A stretch of DNA of 64,000 nucleotides from a bacterium. GTDB taxonomy: Bacteria; UBA8248. The notes beneath the pieces were generated by a model. The model was not told the origin of the DNA and ran no database searches. It saw only the letters and a program-made list of their open reading frames with translations. The stretch is from contig OZ253442.1 of assembly GCA_965261085.1 (NCBI GenBank), positions 224,001 through 288,000 of the forward strand, written 5' to 3'. This document shows positions 45,817 through 55,550 of this stretch, one piece after another. The position numbers and the translations under genes were made by a program. The first letter of the stretch is position 1, and the number at the start of each line of letters is the position of its first letter.

Positions 45817-48800
45817 CTAGAAACTCCACCCGAAAGTGACCCGGCCCGAATACTGCGCGTCGCCCGAACTGAGGCCGCCCACCGAGACTTCCGCTCCCAC
45901 CGAGAAGCGTCCCTTGCGATACGTCCCGCCCAAACCCAGCAGGAGACCCGTCCTGGCCGACTCGGAAGAAAGCCTCTTTCCCGAAACGTCTACATTCGTC
46001 TCCGCCCCGCCGAGGGTTTGTTCAAGGTCCACCGAGCCGCGAAGGGAGAACGCGCCGCCCCGCCAGTTCCGGGCCTGCGCCGTCTCGACCGCCACCCCCA
46101 GAGCGCCCGTGAAGCGGACGGCGTCGCCCACCGATACGCGCGAGTCCACCGCGTCGGTGAAGTCGCCGACGTCGACTTCAGTGCGCGTCAACCGCACCCG
46201 GGGTGTCAGGTACATTTTTCCGCCCGGCTTCGTCCGCCTGCCTGCCTCGAACTCCAGGGTATGGGCGCGCGCCTCGACGCCCGTCACCAGACGGCCCAGT
46301 TCGTTCGACGAGAGGTCCGCGGCGTAGCTCGCGATGGAGAAGCGCCCATGCGCGTAGTATTCGTTCTCACCGCTCAGGGAGACGCCGAAGGCCAGGCCGA
46401 ACCCGTCAGCCTCGATCTTCCCGCCGCCCGTCGGCGCGGCGACGTTCGCCGAACCCTTCACGTGGCGCACGGAGACCGAACCCGTGGCGTTCTCCCCGAG
46501 GGAGACGTCCAGACCCGCCTCCGCCGAGAAGCGGCTGAAATTGAATTGCGCGCCCACGCTCGCGCGTTCCGGCTCGTAAGACCCTCTGCCGCCCAAGAGT
46601 TTGACCCACACGGGCGAACCGGGCGAGGAGACGCGCTTCCCGAAGAGTCCCCCTCCGTTCAGGCGGAGCAGGAAGCCGGGCAGGGCCTCGTACACAGCCG
46701 CGCGCGGCGCGTATTCCTCCATCATCGCGGGCGGCGGAGCCATGCAGTCCGGGGGCGTGCCGATTTGTCCTTCCGGACAGGTGGGCGGTGGTGGCGGTGG
46801 TGGCGGTGGTGGCGGTGGTGGCGGTGGTGGCGGTGGTGGCGGTGGTGGCGGTGGTGGCGGTGGTGGCGGTGGTGGCGGTGGTGGCGGCTTCCTGCGTTCG
46901 TTAAAGTCTTGCGCCGAGAAATCCCGGTCCGCCACGACGTCCGCAGCCGGGTCACTCACGACCCAGTTCGCCGTGTCCGTCATGCGATCCGTCACGGTGA
47001 CGCCATCGGCTCGCATCCGGACGTTCCACGCCCCGTTCGAAGCTTTTCGCCCCGTCACGCCCATCTCGGCGTCGTGGAGCTTCACGTTGTTGACGTAGAT
47101 GGTCGTCCCGCCCCCGTCGTTGATGATCCAGTCGTCCCCGATCGCCTGCGACACCCGCCGGCCGCCGAGGTTCATGTCGACCCGGAGTTTGGGCTTGATG
47201 GGCGGATCGTTGGCGGGGTCCGCCCCCGGGGTGTCGCCCGTCGCGAGAATCGCGATCCCGGACTCCGAATTGATGCTTCCCCGTGGTCCGATGACCACCC
47301 GGCCGCCGCCCGCGAGAAACACGCCCTCCGCAGCGCTCCTCACGGCGCCGTTCACAGTGACGGTCTGCCTGCGGTAGTCGTCTATTCCGATAGCGGCGAC
47401 GCGAGCCAACGCGCCGGAACTGAGGGCGCCCACCCGGACCCCCTGCGCGCCCGCTCCGTTCACATCGATACTGCCCCCGGCGTCGATCGAGATGCTGCTG
47501 GTGGGCTGCGCCGTGTCGTAGTGATAGGCCACGATGCCGTGGGCGTTAGCGCCCGTCGTGGTGATGGTGTGGCCGCCGCCCGTGTCGATCGAAATGTCGT
47601 CTCCGTTCCCAGCCTCCAGGTCCCCCCGGATACCGTAGGAATTCGCTCCCCGCGTCTCGATGGAACCGCCCTGGACATCGATGTCGATGCTTCCCCCTTC
47701 TTCGACGGGGCCGTCTGCCAAAGACGTATTGTAATGCCTAGCGAAGATGCCATGGGAAAGGGTGAGTCCAGACTCATTCACTGCCGTGCTTTCCGTCACA
47801 ATGGTTGTATTGCTGGCGGCGATGACGATGTCGCCGGAGTCTTCATGAAAGCCATAGATGCCACCGGATGTCAGGCCTTTTGTCGTGATGCTCCCGCCCT
47901 GAACGTTGATGGTGAGGTTGCCGTCGCCTCTATGAATGCCATAGACGCCGTGGGAGTAAGTGCCTGGTAAGCTGTCAGAATAGATAGCTGTGCCTTTCGT
48001 CATGATGGTGCTGTCCCGAATGTCGATGATGATGTCACCGACTATATCCCCTGTGATATATCCTAAAACGGCGTAGGATTGCGTGCTATTCGTGGTGATG
48101 GTTGTATCCCGCACATCGATGTGAATGTCGCCGTTTCCCTCATCTTGCCAGCCAGTTATGCCGATGCTTCCCTGCCCGCCCGACGTTTCGATAACGAGAT
48201 TGTCAGCGTAGATGTTCACATTGCCGTTTCTTGGAAAACCTCCCGGCTCCCGTTTAGCAAAGATTGCGTAGGCAAAATCACCTCGAGTACGAACAGCCAA
48301 GTCTCTGGCGTCAATGAAAATATCGCCCTCGCTTTGGTGCAAAGCGCTGATGCCCCAACCACTGAGGTTCGTTATGATGGTTCCATGTTGAACATCGATT
48401 TGAATCTTGCCGGAGCTGACCTTGTCTTCAGAGTTTCTTCGGTGCCAGGCCAAGATACCATGGGCGCTGTTGCCCTCCGTGGTAATTTCCACATTGGTTG
48501 CCGTGATGGAGGTGTTGTTGACGGCGTCTTCCGGGAAATCCCGTTCCGTCGGTTCAATGACTCCTGTGATGCCGTGGGCGCCCTTGGCCGCGGTGGTGAT
48601 TCGGACGTTTGAAGCAACGATGTCGATGTCGCCGAAACCTTCGTGCCCGCCATAGATGCCATAGGTATGTGATGGATAATCGGAGAGGTCTTCATAAGTG
48701 CCAGTCGTATTGATGCTCCCGTCTCCAAAGTAGATGTCGATATCGCCGTCGCCTTCATGAAAGGCGATTACACCGCGGGCTCCCTGGCTCGCTGTTATGA

Positions 48801-49344
48801 TGTCGGTGAAATTAACGTCGATGTCGATCTTGCCCGTGCTCGTATGATGGCCGTAGACGCCGTGGGCGCCCTCGCCCGCCGTATCGATGGTACTGTTGAT
48901 GGCTTGATCGTTCGCATCAACTCCGGAGAGGACGTCGATATCGATGGAACCCGTGCCTTCATGCTTCCCGTGGACGCCGTATTCCATCGGTTCCGTCGTA
49001 TCGATGTCGACGCCTTCAGCGTCGATGTCGATGTCGCTGTCGCTGGTGGAAGTGGCGTCCTCGGTGCACTCGATTCTCTCTCCGATTGCGGGCGTGTTAC
49101 TGCACACGGCGGTCGTCTGGGCCTGCGCGTTTCCCCCCCAAAGGGCGAGCGCGAGGAGCAGGGCGAGAGTGGCGATCGACGCCCACGGGCCCGGTTTCGC
49201 CAGGACGAAGTAGGAATCCACAGCTTCACGCAACTTGTCGTAACTTCTCTGCGCACCGGATGCGGCCGATGATTCCCATGGGATAGCCGAACCACGCCTG
49301 CTGCGTGAAACCCCGAAGGTCTTCTTTCTGCTTTCGCTCATCAT
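45817..49344 (-). CDS. Autotransporter adhesin with a beta-helix passenger and polyproline linker
   Basis: Signal ending GNAQA, I.T.G..AHGI...H.G.GDI.I repeats, 35 Pro, YAPRAAVYEALP, and a barrel ending FGWSF. Start trimmed to 49344. Confidence 0.88.
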   Translation of the reverse strand: MMSESRKKTFGVSRSRRGSAIPWESSAASGAQRSYDKLREAVDSYFVLAKPGPWASIATLALLLALALWGGNAQAQTTAVCSNTPAIGERIECTEDATSTSDSDIDIDAEGVDIDTTEPMEYGVHGKHEGTGSIDIDVLSGVDANDQAINSTIDTAGEGAHGVYGHHTSTGKIDIDVNFTDIITASQGARGVIAFHEGDGDIDIYFGDGSINTTGTYEDLSDYPSHTYGIYGGHEGFGDIDIVASNVRITTAAKGAHGITGVIEPTERDFPEDAVNNTSITATNVEITTEGNSAHGILAWHRRNSEDKVSSGKIQIDVQHGTIITNLSGWGISALHQSEGDIFIDARDLAVRTRGDFAYAIFAKREPGGFPRNGNVNIYADNLVIETSGGQGSIGITGWQDEGNGDIHIDVRDTTITTNSTQSYAVLGYITGDIVGDIIIDIRDSTIMTKGTAIYSDSLPGTYSHGVYGIHRGDGNLTINVQGGSITTKGLTSGGIYGFHEDSGDIVIAASNTTIVTESTAVNESGLTLSHGIFARHYNTSLADGPVEEGGSIDIDVQGGSIETRGANSYGIRGDLEAGNGDDISIDTGGGHTITTTGANAHGIVAYHYDTAQPTSSISIDAGGSIDVNGAGAQGVRVGALSSGALARVAAIGIDDYRRQTVTVNGAVRSAAEGVFLAGGGRVVIGPRGSINSESGIAILATGDTPGADPANDPPIKPKLRVDMNLGGRRVSQAIGDDWIINDGGGTTIYVNNVKLHDAEMGVTGRKASNGAWNVRMRADGVTVTDRMTDTANWVVSDPAADVVADRDFSAQDFNERRKPPPPPPPPPPPPPPPPPPPPPPPPPPPPPPPPPPPTCPEGQIGTPPDCMAPPPAMMEEYAPRAAVYEALPGFLLRLNGGGLFGKRVSSPGSPVWVKLLGGRGSYEPERASVGAQFNFSRFSAEAGLDVSLGENATGSVSVRHVKGSANVAAPTGGGKIEADGFGLAFGVSLSGENEYYAHGRFSIASYAADLSSNELGRLVTGVEARAHTLEFEAGRRTKPGGKMYLTPRVRLTRTEVDVGDFTDAVDSRVSVGDAVRFTGALGVAVETAQARNWRGGAFSLRGSVDLEQTLGGAETNVDVSGKRLSSESARTGLLLGLGGTYRKGRFSVGAEVSVGGLSSGDAQYSGRVTFGWSF
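46783..46887. repeat. Tandem repeat (CGGTGGTGG)x11 within a 105-bp tract encoding 35 consecutive prolines
   Basis: Read directly from the sequence. Confidence 0.95.
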
Positions 49345-49469
49345 TGAGATCCTTTCTCGCCAAAACGCAAAAATAGTAAATAGCTGAATTCCGTATATCG
49401 CTAAGTTGGTTCCCTGGCGAAAATCCGCTATCGTCTTGTAGCTCGGCGACGCACCCTGGCACAGCAGGC

Positions 49470-49845
49470 CGCGCCTGACGTCGAAGTTGGCGTCGGGCTC
49501 GAAGCTTCCCGTGGAGAACCCGCCCAGGCGCTGCGTCCACACGCGCTCGGCACCTCCCGAGGCGGCCCCCTAGGCGGAGCCCATACGCACCGAGAGGCCC
49601 GGTCCGCCCGAGCCGGGTGCGAAGCGTACCGAACCGCTCACGCCCCATTCCTCGTAATCGCTCTCAGTGTACGCAATAAGCCCGCGCGCGCTCAACTCCA
49701 TCGTGAGGGCGCCCGCCGCGTAGGTGAGCGAGCCGCCCACTTCGAGGCCCTCTCCCGCCTCCGCGTCGCCCCCGTCGTAGCGAACGCCCACCTCGACGGT
49801 GGGCATGAGTACGCCGCTATCCCCTACCCGCAAGCTGCGCGAGCC
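49470..49845 (-). pseudogene. Fragment of a large outer-membrane protein beta-barrel domain, with an internal stop
   Basis: PTVEVGVRYDGGDAE.G.GLEVGG.L.Y...RGLIA...SDYEEWGVSGSVRFAPG..G.GLS; stop at 49570. Confidence 0.65.
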
Positions 49846-49985
49846 CTCGCGCACCAGTTCGCTCAACTCGTCCCGATAGGCTGGATTCGTAAAGGGAATC
49901 GTCGTATCTTTGTGTATGGTGGTGCATCTCCTATGTGCTGAATGACCGGGCTTCTGACAACCCTATTTCAGCAGGAATGCGCGCC
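49840..49985 (-). pseudogene. IS256-like transposase 5' remnant
   Basis: Minus strand reads (H)KDTTIPFTNPAYRDELSELVREG, resembling IS256-family N-termini, with AGGAG upstream. Confidence 0.4.
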
Positions 49986-49992
49986 GCCTACT

Positions 49993-51809
49993 GAGACTGT
50001 GAAAGTATCGACCCTCGTAGTCTCCAGAACGGGGCTCGCTTACGCTTGCAGCCGGCAGGCCGATGGCCGGACACTGTCATCAACCAGGGGAGCAACAACA
50101 CCGCAGAACCGGGAGAGAATCGCCTCGGCGGCCGAGCAGTTCGGGGTCGCGGTCAAGTCTTCGGGGAATCGGGGTCAAGTTCACACGCCAATTGTCCCCA
50201 ACCGCTGTTTTTGCAGACAATACTCCGCAAATGCAGCTTCGCCCAACACATTCATTACCTGCTTGAAGTTGTAACCCAGCGTCATCAGGCTGAATTCGCC
50301 GCGGCACTTGCCGAGTCCGCGCATCAGAAAATGCTCCATCCCCGCCCAGCGCCTGAGTGTACCGAACGGATGCTCGACGAGTTCGCGTCGCCCGCGCATC
50401 AACGGCGCATCGGCGCTCATCTTCCTGCGATGCCGGTCCACCACGTCCTCATGCTCCCAGCGCTGTATCCTGCGCGTCGATCTCGACTTCGCCAGGCATC
50501 GACCCGACAACGAACAATCCCGACAAACAGCCGCCGTCCCGCGATAAATGAAATACAACTTGCCCTTGTTGATTGCCGAGCCGCCTCTTGCCAGCCGCTC
50601 TCCGGCCGGACAGACATACGTGTCATCCTGCGCATCGTAACGGAAATCATCGGCGCCGAATCGCCCGTCCCTGCCCTTGCGGACCGCATGGTCCGGTATC
50701 GAAACATACGCCTCCATGCCCTTCTCTTCGCAACTCTTCAACCCGGCACCGTTGAAATAGCCCGAATCCGCCAGACCCACCAGGCCTTTGCTGCCCATGG
50801 CTTCGCGGGACTTCGTCATCATCGGCTCCAACTGAGCGGAGTCATTGCCGTCCTGCACCACATCCTCCGCGACAATCAGCTTGTGCCTGTCGTCCACCGC
50901 GATTTGACAGTTGTATCCGCCCACCATCTTGCCCTTCTTTATCAGCAACCGCGCATCGTCATCGACCTCGGATACCTGACCCTCTCCGCTCTCCAGCAAG
51001 CGCTTTTGCAATGCCTTCTTCTTTTGTTGCCTCTCGACCAGGGCCTCGAGCTTCGACGCCAGTTCCGGATCCTCCGAACCGTCCGCATACTCTTCCGCAT
51101 CCGCCTCGTCCATCTGCCGGTGATACGCCGCAATCTGCTCGTCCAGACGCTTCAGGTATCTTTCCAGGGATACCCTGGTATGGAAGCTGTCCGGATTCGC
51201 ATCGGCCTTCAGATAAGTCCCGTCAATCGCCACCCGGGTGCCGCCCAGAAGTGAGAGTTCGCGGCACAAGAGTACGAACTCCCGGTTGACCGCCCGAAGA
51301 GCAGCCGCATTGTTCTTGCGAAAATCCGCTATCGTCTTGTAGCTCGGCGACGCACCCTGGCACAGCCAGATCACTTCCAGATTGCGCTGCGTCTCGGCTT
51401 CGAGCCGACGCGAACTCCGTACCCGGTGCTGGTAGCCGTACAGATACAGCTTCAGCAGCAGCGCCGGGTCGAACGCCGGCTGACCGGCGCCGCAGTTCGC
51501 TTCGGCATGCTCGAATCCCAGCGCCTGCAGATCCAGCGTGCCGACGAACGCCTCGATCGCGCGCACCGCATTGTGCTCGGACACGTAGTCGTCCAGACAC
51601 GGCGGAAGTAGCATCATCTGGCTTCGGGACTGCACCTCCTGATAACGTCTCTCGGACATGGTGGTGATCCTTTATCTGGTTGTCTCACTCGCTGATAATG
51701 ATAGCATCTACAGACAATCCGGCCTTCATTCGCCATCGTCTCTCACCTGACTCGTTGAATATCCCCTCATCGAGTCGCTCGACGCTCGTGGGAATACTTT
51801 CACAGTCTC
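49993..51809 (-). mobile_element. IS1182-family insertion sequence
   Basis: TIRs GAGACTGTGAAAGTAT at 49993-50008 and 51794-51809 (extendable by 2 bp); no TSD and non-matching flanks. Confidence 0.88.
50181..51659 (-). CDS. IS1182-family transposase
   Basis: P..LLKLYLYGY....SSRRLE, P.YKTIADFR, AIDGT..KA, GYN.Q.AVD, ADSGY and VEHPFGTL motifs. Confidence 0.95.
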   Translation of the reverse strand: MSERRYQEVQSRSQMMLLPPCLDDYVSEHNAVRAIEAFVGTLDLQALGFEHAEANCGAGQPAFDPALLLKLYLYGYQHRVRSSRRLEAETQRNLEVIWLCQGASPSYKTIADFRKNNAAALRAVNREFVLLCRELSLLGGTRVAIDGTYLKADANPDSFHTRVSLERYLKRLDEQIAAYHRQMDEADAEEYADGSEDPELASKLEALVERQQKKKALQKRLLESGEGQVSEVDDDARLLIKKGKMVGGYNCQIAVDDRHKLIVAEDVVQDGNDSAQLEPMMTKSREAMGSKGLVGLADSGYFNGAGLKSCEEKGMEAYVSIPDHAVRKGRDGRFGADDFRYDAQDDTYVCPAGERLARGGSAINKGKLYFIYRGTAAVCRDCSLSGRCLAKSRSTRRIQRWEHEDVVDRHRRKMSADAPLMRGRRELVEHPFGTLRRWAGMEHFLMRGLGKCRGEFSLMTLGYNFKQVMNVLGEAAFAEYCLQKQRLGTIGV

Positions 51810-52101
51810 AGATCGCCTCTGCATCCGAGGCGTCGTTTTTCTGACGTTTAACGTACGCCTTCACATATCGCGGTGGCATGATCTTCACCTCATGGCCGAT
51901 TTCGCCAATCTCGCGGCCCCAATAGTGCGCGTTCCCGCATGCCTCCATCGCGACCCGGCACTGCGGCTGCGATTCTAGAAAACCCAACACCTTCCCCCGC
52001 GTCAGCTTCTTGCGGAACGCGACCGACCCGTCAGGGTTCGCACCGTGAAGTTGAAAACCGTGTTTCGCCAAGTCGATGCCGATGATGTGGACCTGTTTCA
52101 T
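51808..52101 (-). pseudogene. Truncated IS110/IS1111-family recombinase, interrupted by IS1182
   Basis: IGIDLAK, MEAC..AHYWGR and KNDASDAEAI, then the IS1182 end; paralog of 55807-56832. Confidence 0.88.
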
Positions 52102-52310
52102 CTCGCTCCTCCCGCAGGGCGGCAGACCATGTCAACACGCCCAGTTTGATGGCGCCGGGAGGGGCGCAGAAATGCCCCCTCCTACCCGGCCACAAATTTT
52201 GTAAGCATTCGGTCGAGGGGTGATGGTGTCCGCGTAGCTCATTCCGGATAATCGAAGAGATTCCCGTAAGGTGCTGGTAACATCTTCCGGCATGTGGTAA
52301 TCATGTCGGC

Positions 52311-54629
52311 ATGAAGATTTGCACGGAAGCTGTCGAGACGGAGCCGGCGTTGGTCGAGAGGCCGGATGAGCCATGGCCTCATCCCCCCGAGTTGTTCACA
52401 ACCGGAGAGGCGTACTGGCGTTCGCTGTACGAGCGCGAGCGTGCGCGCGCGGAGGCGGCGGAAGCGCGCTGCGAGGAGTTGCGGTGGAAGGAGGTGGATA
52501 CGCGCACGCGGGCGGGTTCGCTGAAGTGGTATCTCGACAACTGCCGGAGGAAGCTTGCCGCGAGCGTCGGGAAGTTGAAGGAAGTCCGCCGCGCGGCGAA
52601 GAAGGACATCCTGGCGCTCGAGGCGGAAGTGGCTCGACAGGAGAAGCTTCTTCGCAAAGCCGGTGTCGAGCCGGGCAAGCGCAGCCCGCTCGCGTCGCTG
52701 CGCAAAGAGGTGGCCCGGTTGCGCAAGGCTCTCTCGGGCGCGTTGCCTCCGGGGGAGGCCGCGCGGCTGCGCAGAGTCGTGGAGAAGCGGGAGAATACGA
52801 TCGAGTCTCTGCGCAAGGAGATTGAGGGGCGGGAGGAGGCGCTCGCCCGGCTGAAGAATCGGCTGGCCTGGGAGAAGCTGGAGACGAAGTCTCAGAAGAA
52901 GACGGTCCAGTGGCGTGACGAGGAGGTCATCCGGCTCTGCGGGAAGTTGCGGGAATTGCGTGACGATTTGCGGGTCTCCCTCAGGGCCGCGGACGTCGCG
53001 AAGGAACGGCTGAAGGAGCGGTTGTTGCGCGCGAAGGAGGCGTTGCGCTCGAGGTCGCCGTCTCGTTCGGACGCGGAACTTCGCAAGGCCCTGGGGAGGT
53101 CGCGGCGTCAGAAGACGGCGCTCAGGTCCCTCTCCAGGGAGAACGGGCGGTTGTGCCGTGCGCTTCGCAAGTCGGAGACCCACAGGGCGCGGCTGGAGGC
53201 CGAGCTCGCGAAGCTTCGCGCCACCGGAGCGGTGCTGGCGAGAAGGCTGTTCGGGCGCGGGAGCGAACGACAGGAGAGGCCACGCTCGGAGCGCAGGCGC
53301 GGCGGGCAGCCCGGCGCCCAAGGCCATGGCCGCACCCCGCGGCCCGCGCTCGGGGAGAGGACCGAAGTTCGCAACCCGCCGGCCAGCGCGCGCGTCTGCG
53401 CCGGTTGCGGGCAGCCCTACGTGGCGAACGGCGCACGCATGTCGAGCATCGTCGAGATCGAAGTCTCGGCCTACAGGCGGGTCATACGCCGTCCGAGGTG
53501 GCGCCGGGTGTGCGCGTGCGCGTCGTCTCCCATGGAAGTGTCGGCGCCGCCTGCGCCGCGCCTGTTTGCGGGCACGTCTTACGGGACGAGCGTCTGGGCG
53601 CGCCTGCTGTTCGAGCGCTACGCCTGCTTCCGCCCACTCAACCGGGTCGCCGCGTGGCTCTCCGACCAGGGACTTCCGGTCTCCGCGGGCACGCTGGGCG
53701 ACAGCACACACCGCTTCACGCCGCTGTTCGAGCCGCTGGCCCGGGCGATCCTCGCCCGCCAGAACGAGGCGGCGGTGCGCCATGGGGACGAGACGACGTG
53801 GCGCGTACAGTCGCTTCGCGAGCAAGGACGCTCGAGCCGCGCCTGGCTGTGGGCCTCGGTAAGCACAGACTCCGTCTACTTCCACGTCGACCCCTCGAGG
53901 AGCGCCGATGTCGCGATGAAGCTGTTCGGCGCGGCCGGCCCCCATACAGTCATCGTCTGCGACCGCTACAGCGCCTACAAGAAGCTGGCGCGCGAACTCG
54001 ACGGCGCCGTGAGTCTTGGCTTCTGCTGGAGCCACGTTCGGCGCGATTATATCCACTGCGCCGCCGGCGATGCGCGGCTGACGTCGTGGTGTGAGAGATG
54101 GATCGGGCGGATTGCGCTGCTCTACCGCCTGAACGAGGCGCGCCTGGCCCGTTACGACTCAGGCTTCGAACGCCAGGACGCGGCGTTCGAAGCGGCGCAG
54201 GCCGCGCTCAAGAAGGCGCTCGATAGCCTGTTCGCGCAGGCCCGACGGGAACTGTCGGCCCTGCCGGCGCAGGTGCGCGAGGGCAAGGCGCTTCGCTCAC
54301 TGCTGAACCACCGCGAAGGGCTGAGCGTCTTCGTCGAGCGCCCCTCGGTGCCAATGGATAATAACGCCGTCGAGCGCGCGCTTAGGGGACCGGTGATCGG
54401 GAGGCGGCTCTCGTTCGGCTCCGTGAGTGAGGCCGGCGCCAGGTTCTCGGCGATGATGTACTCGGTCCTCGGCACCCTCGCGTCGAACGGCATCGACCCG
54501 CTCCGCTGGCTGGAGGCATGGCTCACGGCCTGCGCGGAGAACGGCGACCGGGCGCCCGGGGACCTCTCCGCGTGGCTGCCCTGGTCGATGAATGAGGAGC
54601 GCAGGCGCGCCCTCATGGCGCCGGGATGA
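52311..54629 (+). CDS. IS66-family transposase TnpC with a long coiled-coil N-terminus
   Basis: LFGRGSE, GGQPG..GHGR, C..C, HGDETTW.V, CDRYSAY, CWSHVRR and DNN..ERALR motifs. Confidence 0.93.
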   Translation: MKICTEAVETEPALVERPDEPWPHPPELFTTGEAYWRSLYERERARAEAAEARCEELRWKEVDTRTRAGSLKWYLDNCRRKLAASVGKLKEVRRAAKKDILALEAEVARQEKLLRKAGVEPGKRSPLASLRKEVARLRKALSGALPPGEAARLRRVVEKRENTIESLRKEIEGREEALARLKNRLAWEKLETKSQKKTVQWRDEEVIRLCGKLRELRDDLRVSLRAADVAKERLKERLLRAKEALRSRSPSRSDAELRKALGRSRRQKTALRSLSRENGRLCRALRKSETHRARLEAELAKLRATGAVLARRLFGRGSERQERPRSERRRGGQPGAQGHGRTPRPALGERTEVRNPPASARVCAGCGQPYVANGARMSSIVEIEVSAYRRVIRRPRWRRVCACASSPMEVSAPPAPRLFAGTSYGTSVWARLLFERYACFRPLNRVAAWLSDQGLPVSAGTLGDSTHRFTPLFEPLARAILARQNEAAVRHGDETTWRVQSLREQGRSSRAWLWASVSTDSVYFHVDPSRSADVAMKLFGAAGPHTVIVCDRYSAYKKLARELDGAVSLGFCWSHVRRDYIHCAAGDARLTSWCERWIGRIALLYRLNEARLARYDSGFERQDAAFEAAQAALKKALDSLFAQARRELSALPAQVREGKALRSLLNHREGLSVFVERPSVPMDNNAVERALRGPVIGRRLSFGSVSEAGARFSAMMYSVLGTLASNGIDPLRWLEAWLTACAENGDRAPGDLSAWLPWSMNEERRRALMAPG

Positions 54630-54633
54630 CGCC

Positions 54634-55506
54634 GTGACCGAGTGCCGCTACTACGGGCGCGACTTCACGACGGAAGAGATGGCGCTGCTGCGCGCGCTGA
54701 TCGCAGGCTCTCCTGCGCTCAACCGCCATGCGCTCTCGAAGGAGTTCTGCCGCCGCATCGGCTGGTACAAGCCCGACGGCGGACTCAAGGACATGATGGC
54801 ACGGGTGACCATGCTCGCCATGGACAAGGACGGCCTGATCACGCTCCCCCCGCCGATGCGGCCACGCCACGCGGCTCGGCCAATCGTCTTCGGACCCGAC
54901 ACCGAAGCGCCTCTCATCCCGTCGCCGACCACCCTCGATGAGGTCCGCCCCATCGGGATGCGCATCGTCGTGCGCGGAACCCGCGAGGGCCAGCTCTGGA
55001 ACGAGTTCGTCGCCCGCTACCACTACCTCGGTTACAAGACCCTCGTCGGCGCACAGATGCGCTACGCCGTCCACGACCGCGACGGCAGGCCCCTCGCCAT
55101 GCTCGGCTTCTCCACCGCCGCGTGGAAGCTCGCCCCGCGCGACAGCTTCATCGGCTGGACGCCCAAGCTGCGTGAGAAGAACCTCCCCTTCGTGGTCGAC
55201 AACCCGAGGTTCCTCATCCTGCCATGGATCAAAATCCCCAACCTCGGCTCGCACCTCCTCGCCATCATCCGCAGGCGCCTGCCCGGGGACTGGACCGAAC
55301 GCTATGGCGTCACCCCCGTGCTCGTCGAGACCTTCGTCGAAACGCCCCGCTACACCGGAGCCGTCTACAGGGCATCGGGATGGATTCCCGTTGGAACCAC
55401 CCAGGGACGAGGGCGCTACGACAGGGACAGACGCTACGACAAGCCCAAAAAGGACGTCTGGCTAAGGCCGCTCCGCAGCAACTGGAAGCAAGTCCTCAGC
55501 CGCTGA
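54634..55506 (+). CDS. DUF4338 (DruA-like) protein
   Basis: YYGRDF, WN.....YHYLGY..LVGAQMRY, AAWKLAPRD.FIGW, RFLILPW....NLGS, ETFVE...G..YRASGW..VG.T.GRG motifs. Confidence 0.88.
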   Translation: MTECRYYGRDFTTEEMALLRALIAGSPALNRHALSKEFCRRIGWYKPDGGLKDMMARVTMLAMDKDGLITLPPPMRPRHAARPIVFGPDTEAPLIPSPTTLDEVRPIGMRIVVRGTREGQLWNEFVARYHYLGYKTLVGAQMRYAVHDRDGRPLAMLGFSTAAWKLAPRDSFIGWTPKLREKNLPFVVDNPRFLILPWIKIPNLGSHLLAIIRRRLPGDWTERYGVTPVLVETFVETPRYTGAVYRASGWIPVGTTQGRGRYDRDRRYDKPKKDVWLRPLRSNWKQVLSR

Positions 55507-55550
55507 AACAAACCCCATCACCCCTCGACCGAATGTGTATGGACGCGCCC

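Noticed and set aside
45796-47970. 724-aa plus-strand ORF with WWR repeats, and the poly-Gly and HHR ORFs
   Set aside because: These are alternative-frame shadows of the polyproline repeat in the autotransporter.
49345-49542. N-terminal extension of the autotransporter ORF
   Set aside because: It consists of barrel-fragment and IS1182-fragment sequence that happens to be in frame.
52239-54056. Long antisense or alternative-frame ORFs (also 1772-3769, 19229-20787, 22395-24257, 43979-45190)
   Set aside because: They overlap well-supported genes in GC-rich DNA, are Arg/Pro/Gly-rich and show no motifs.
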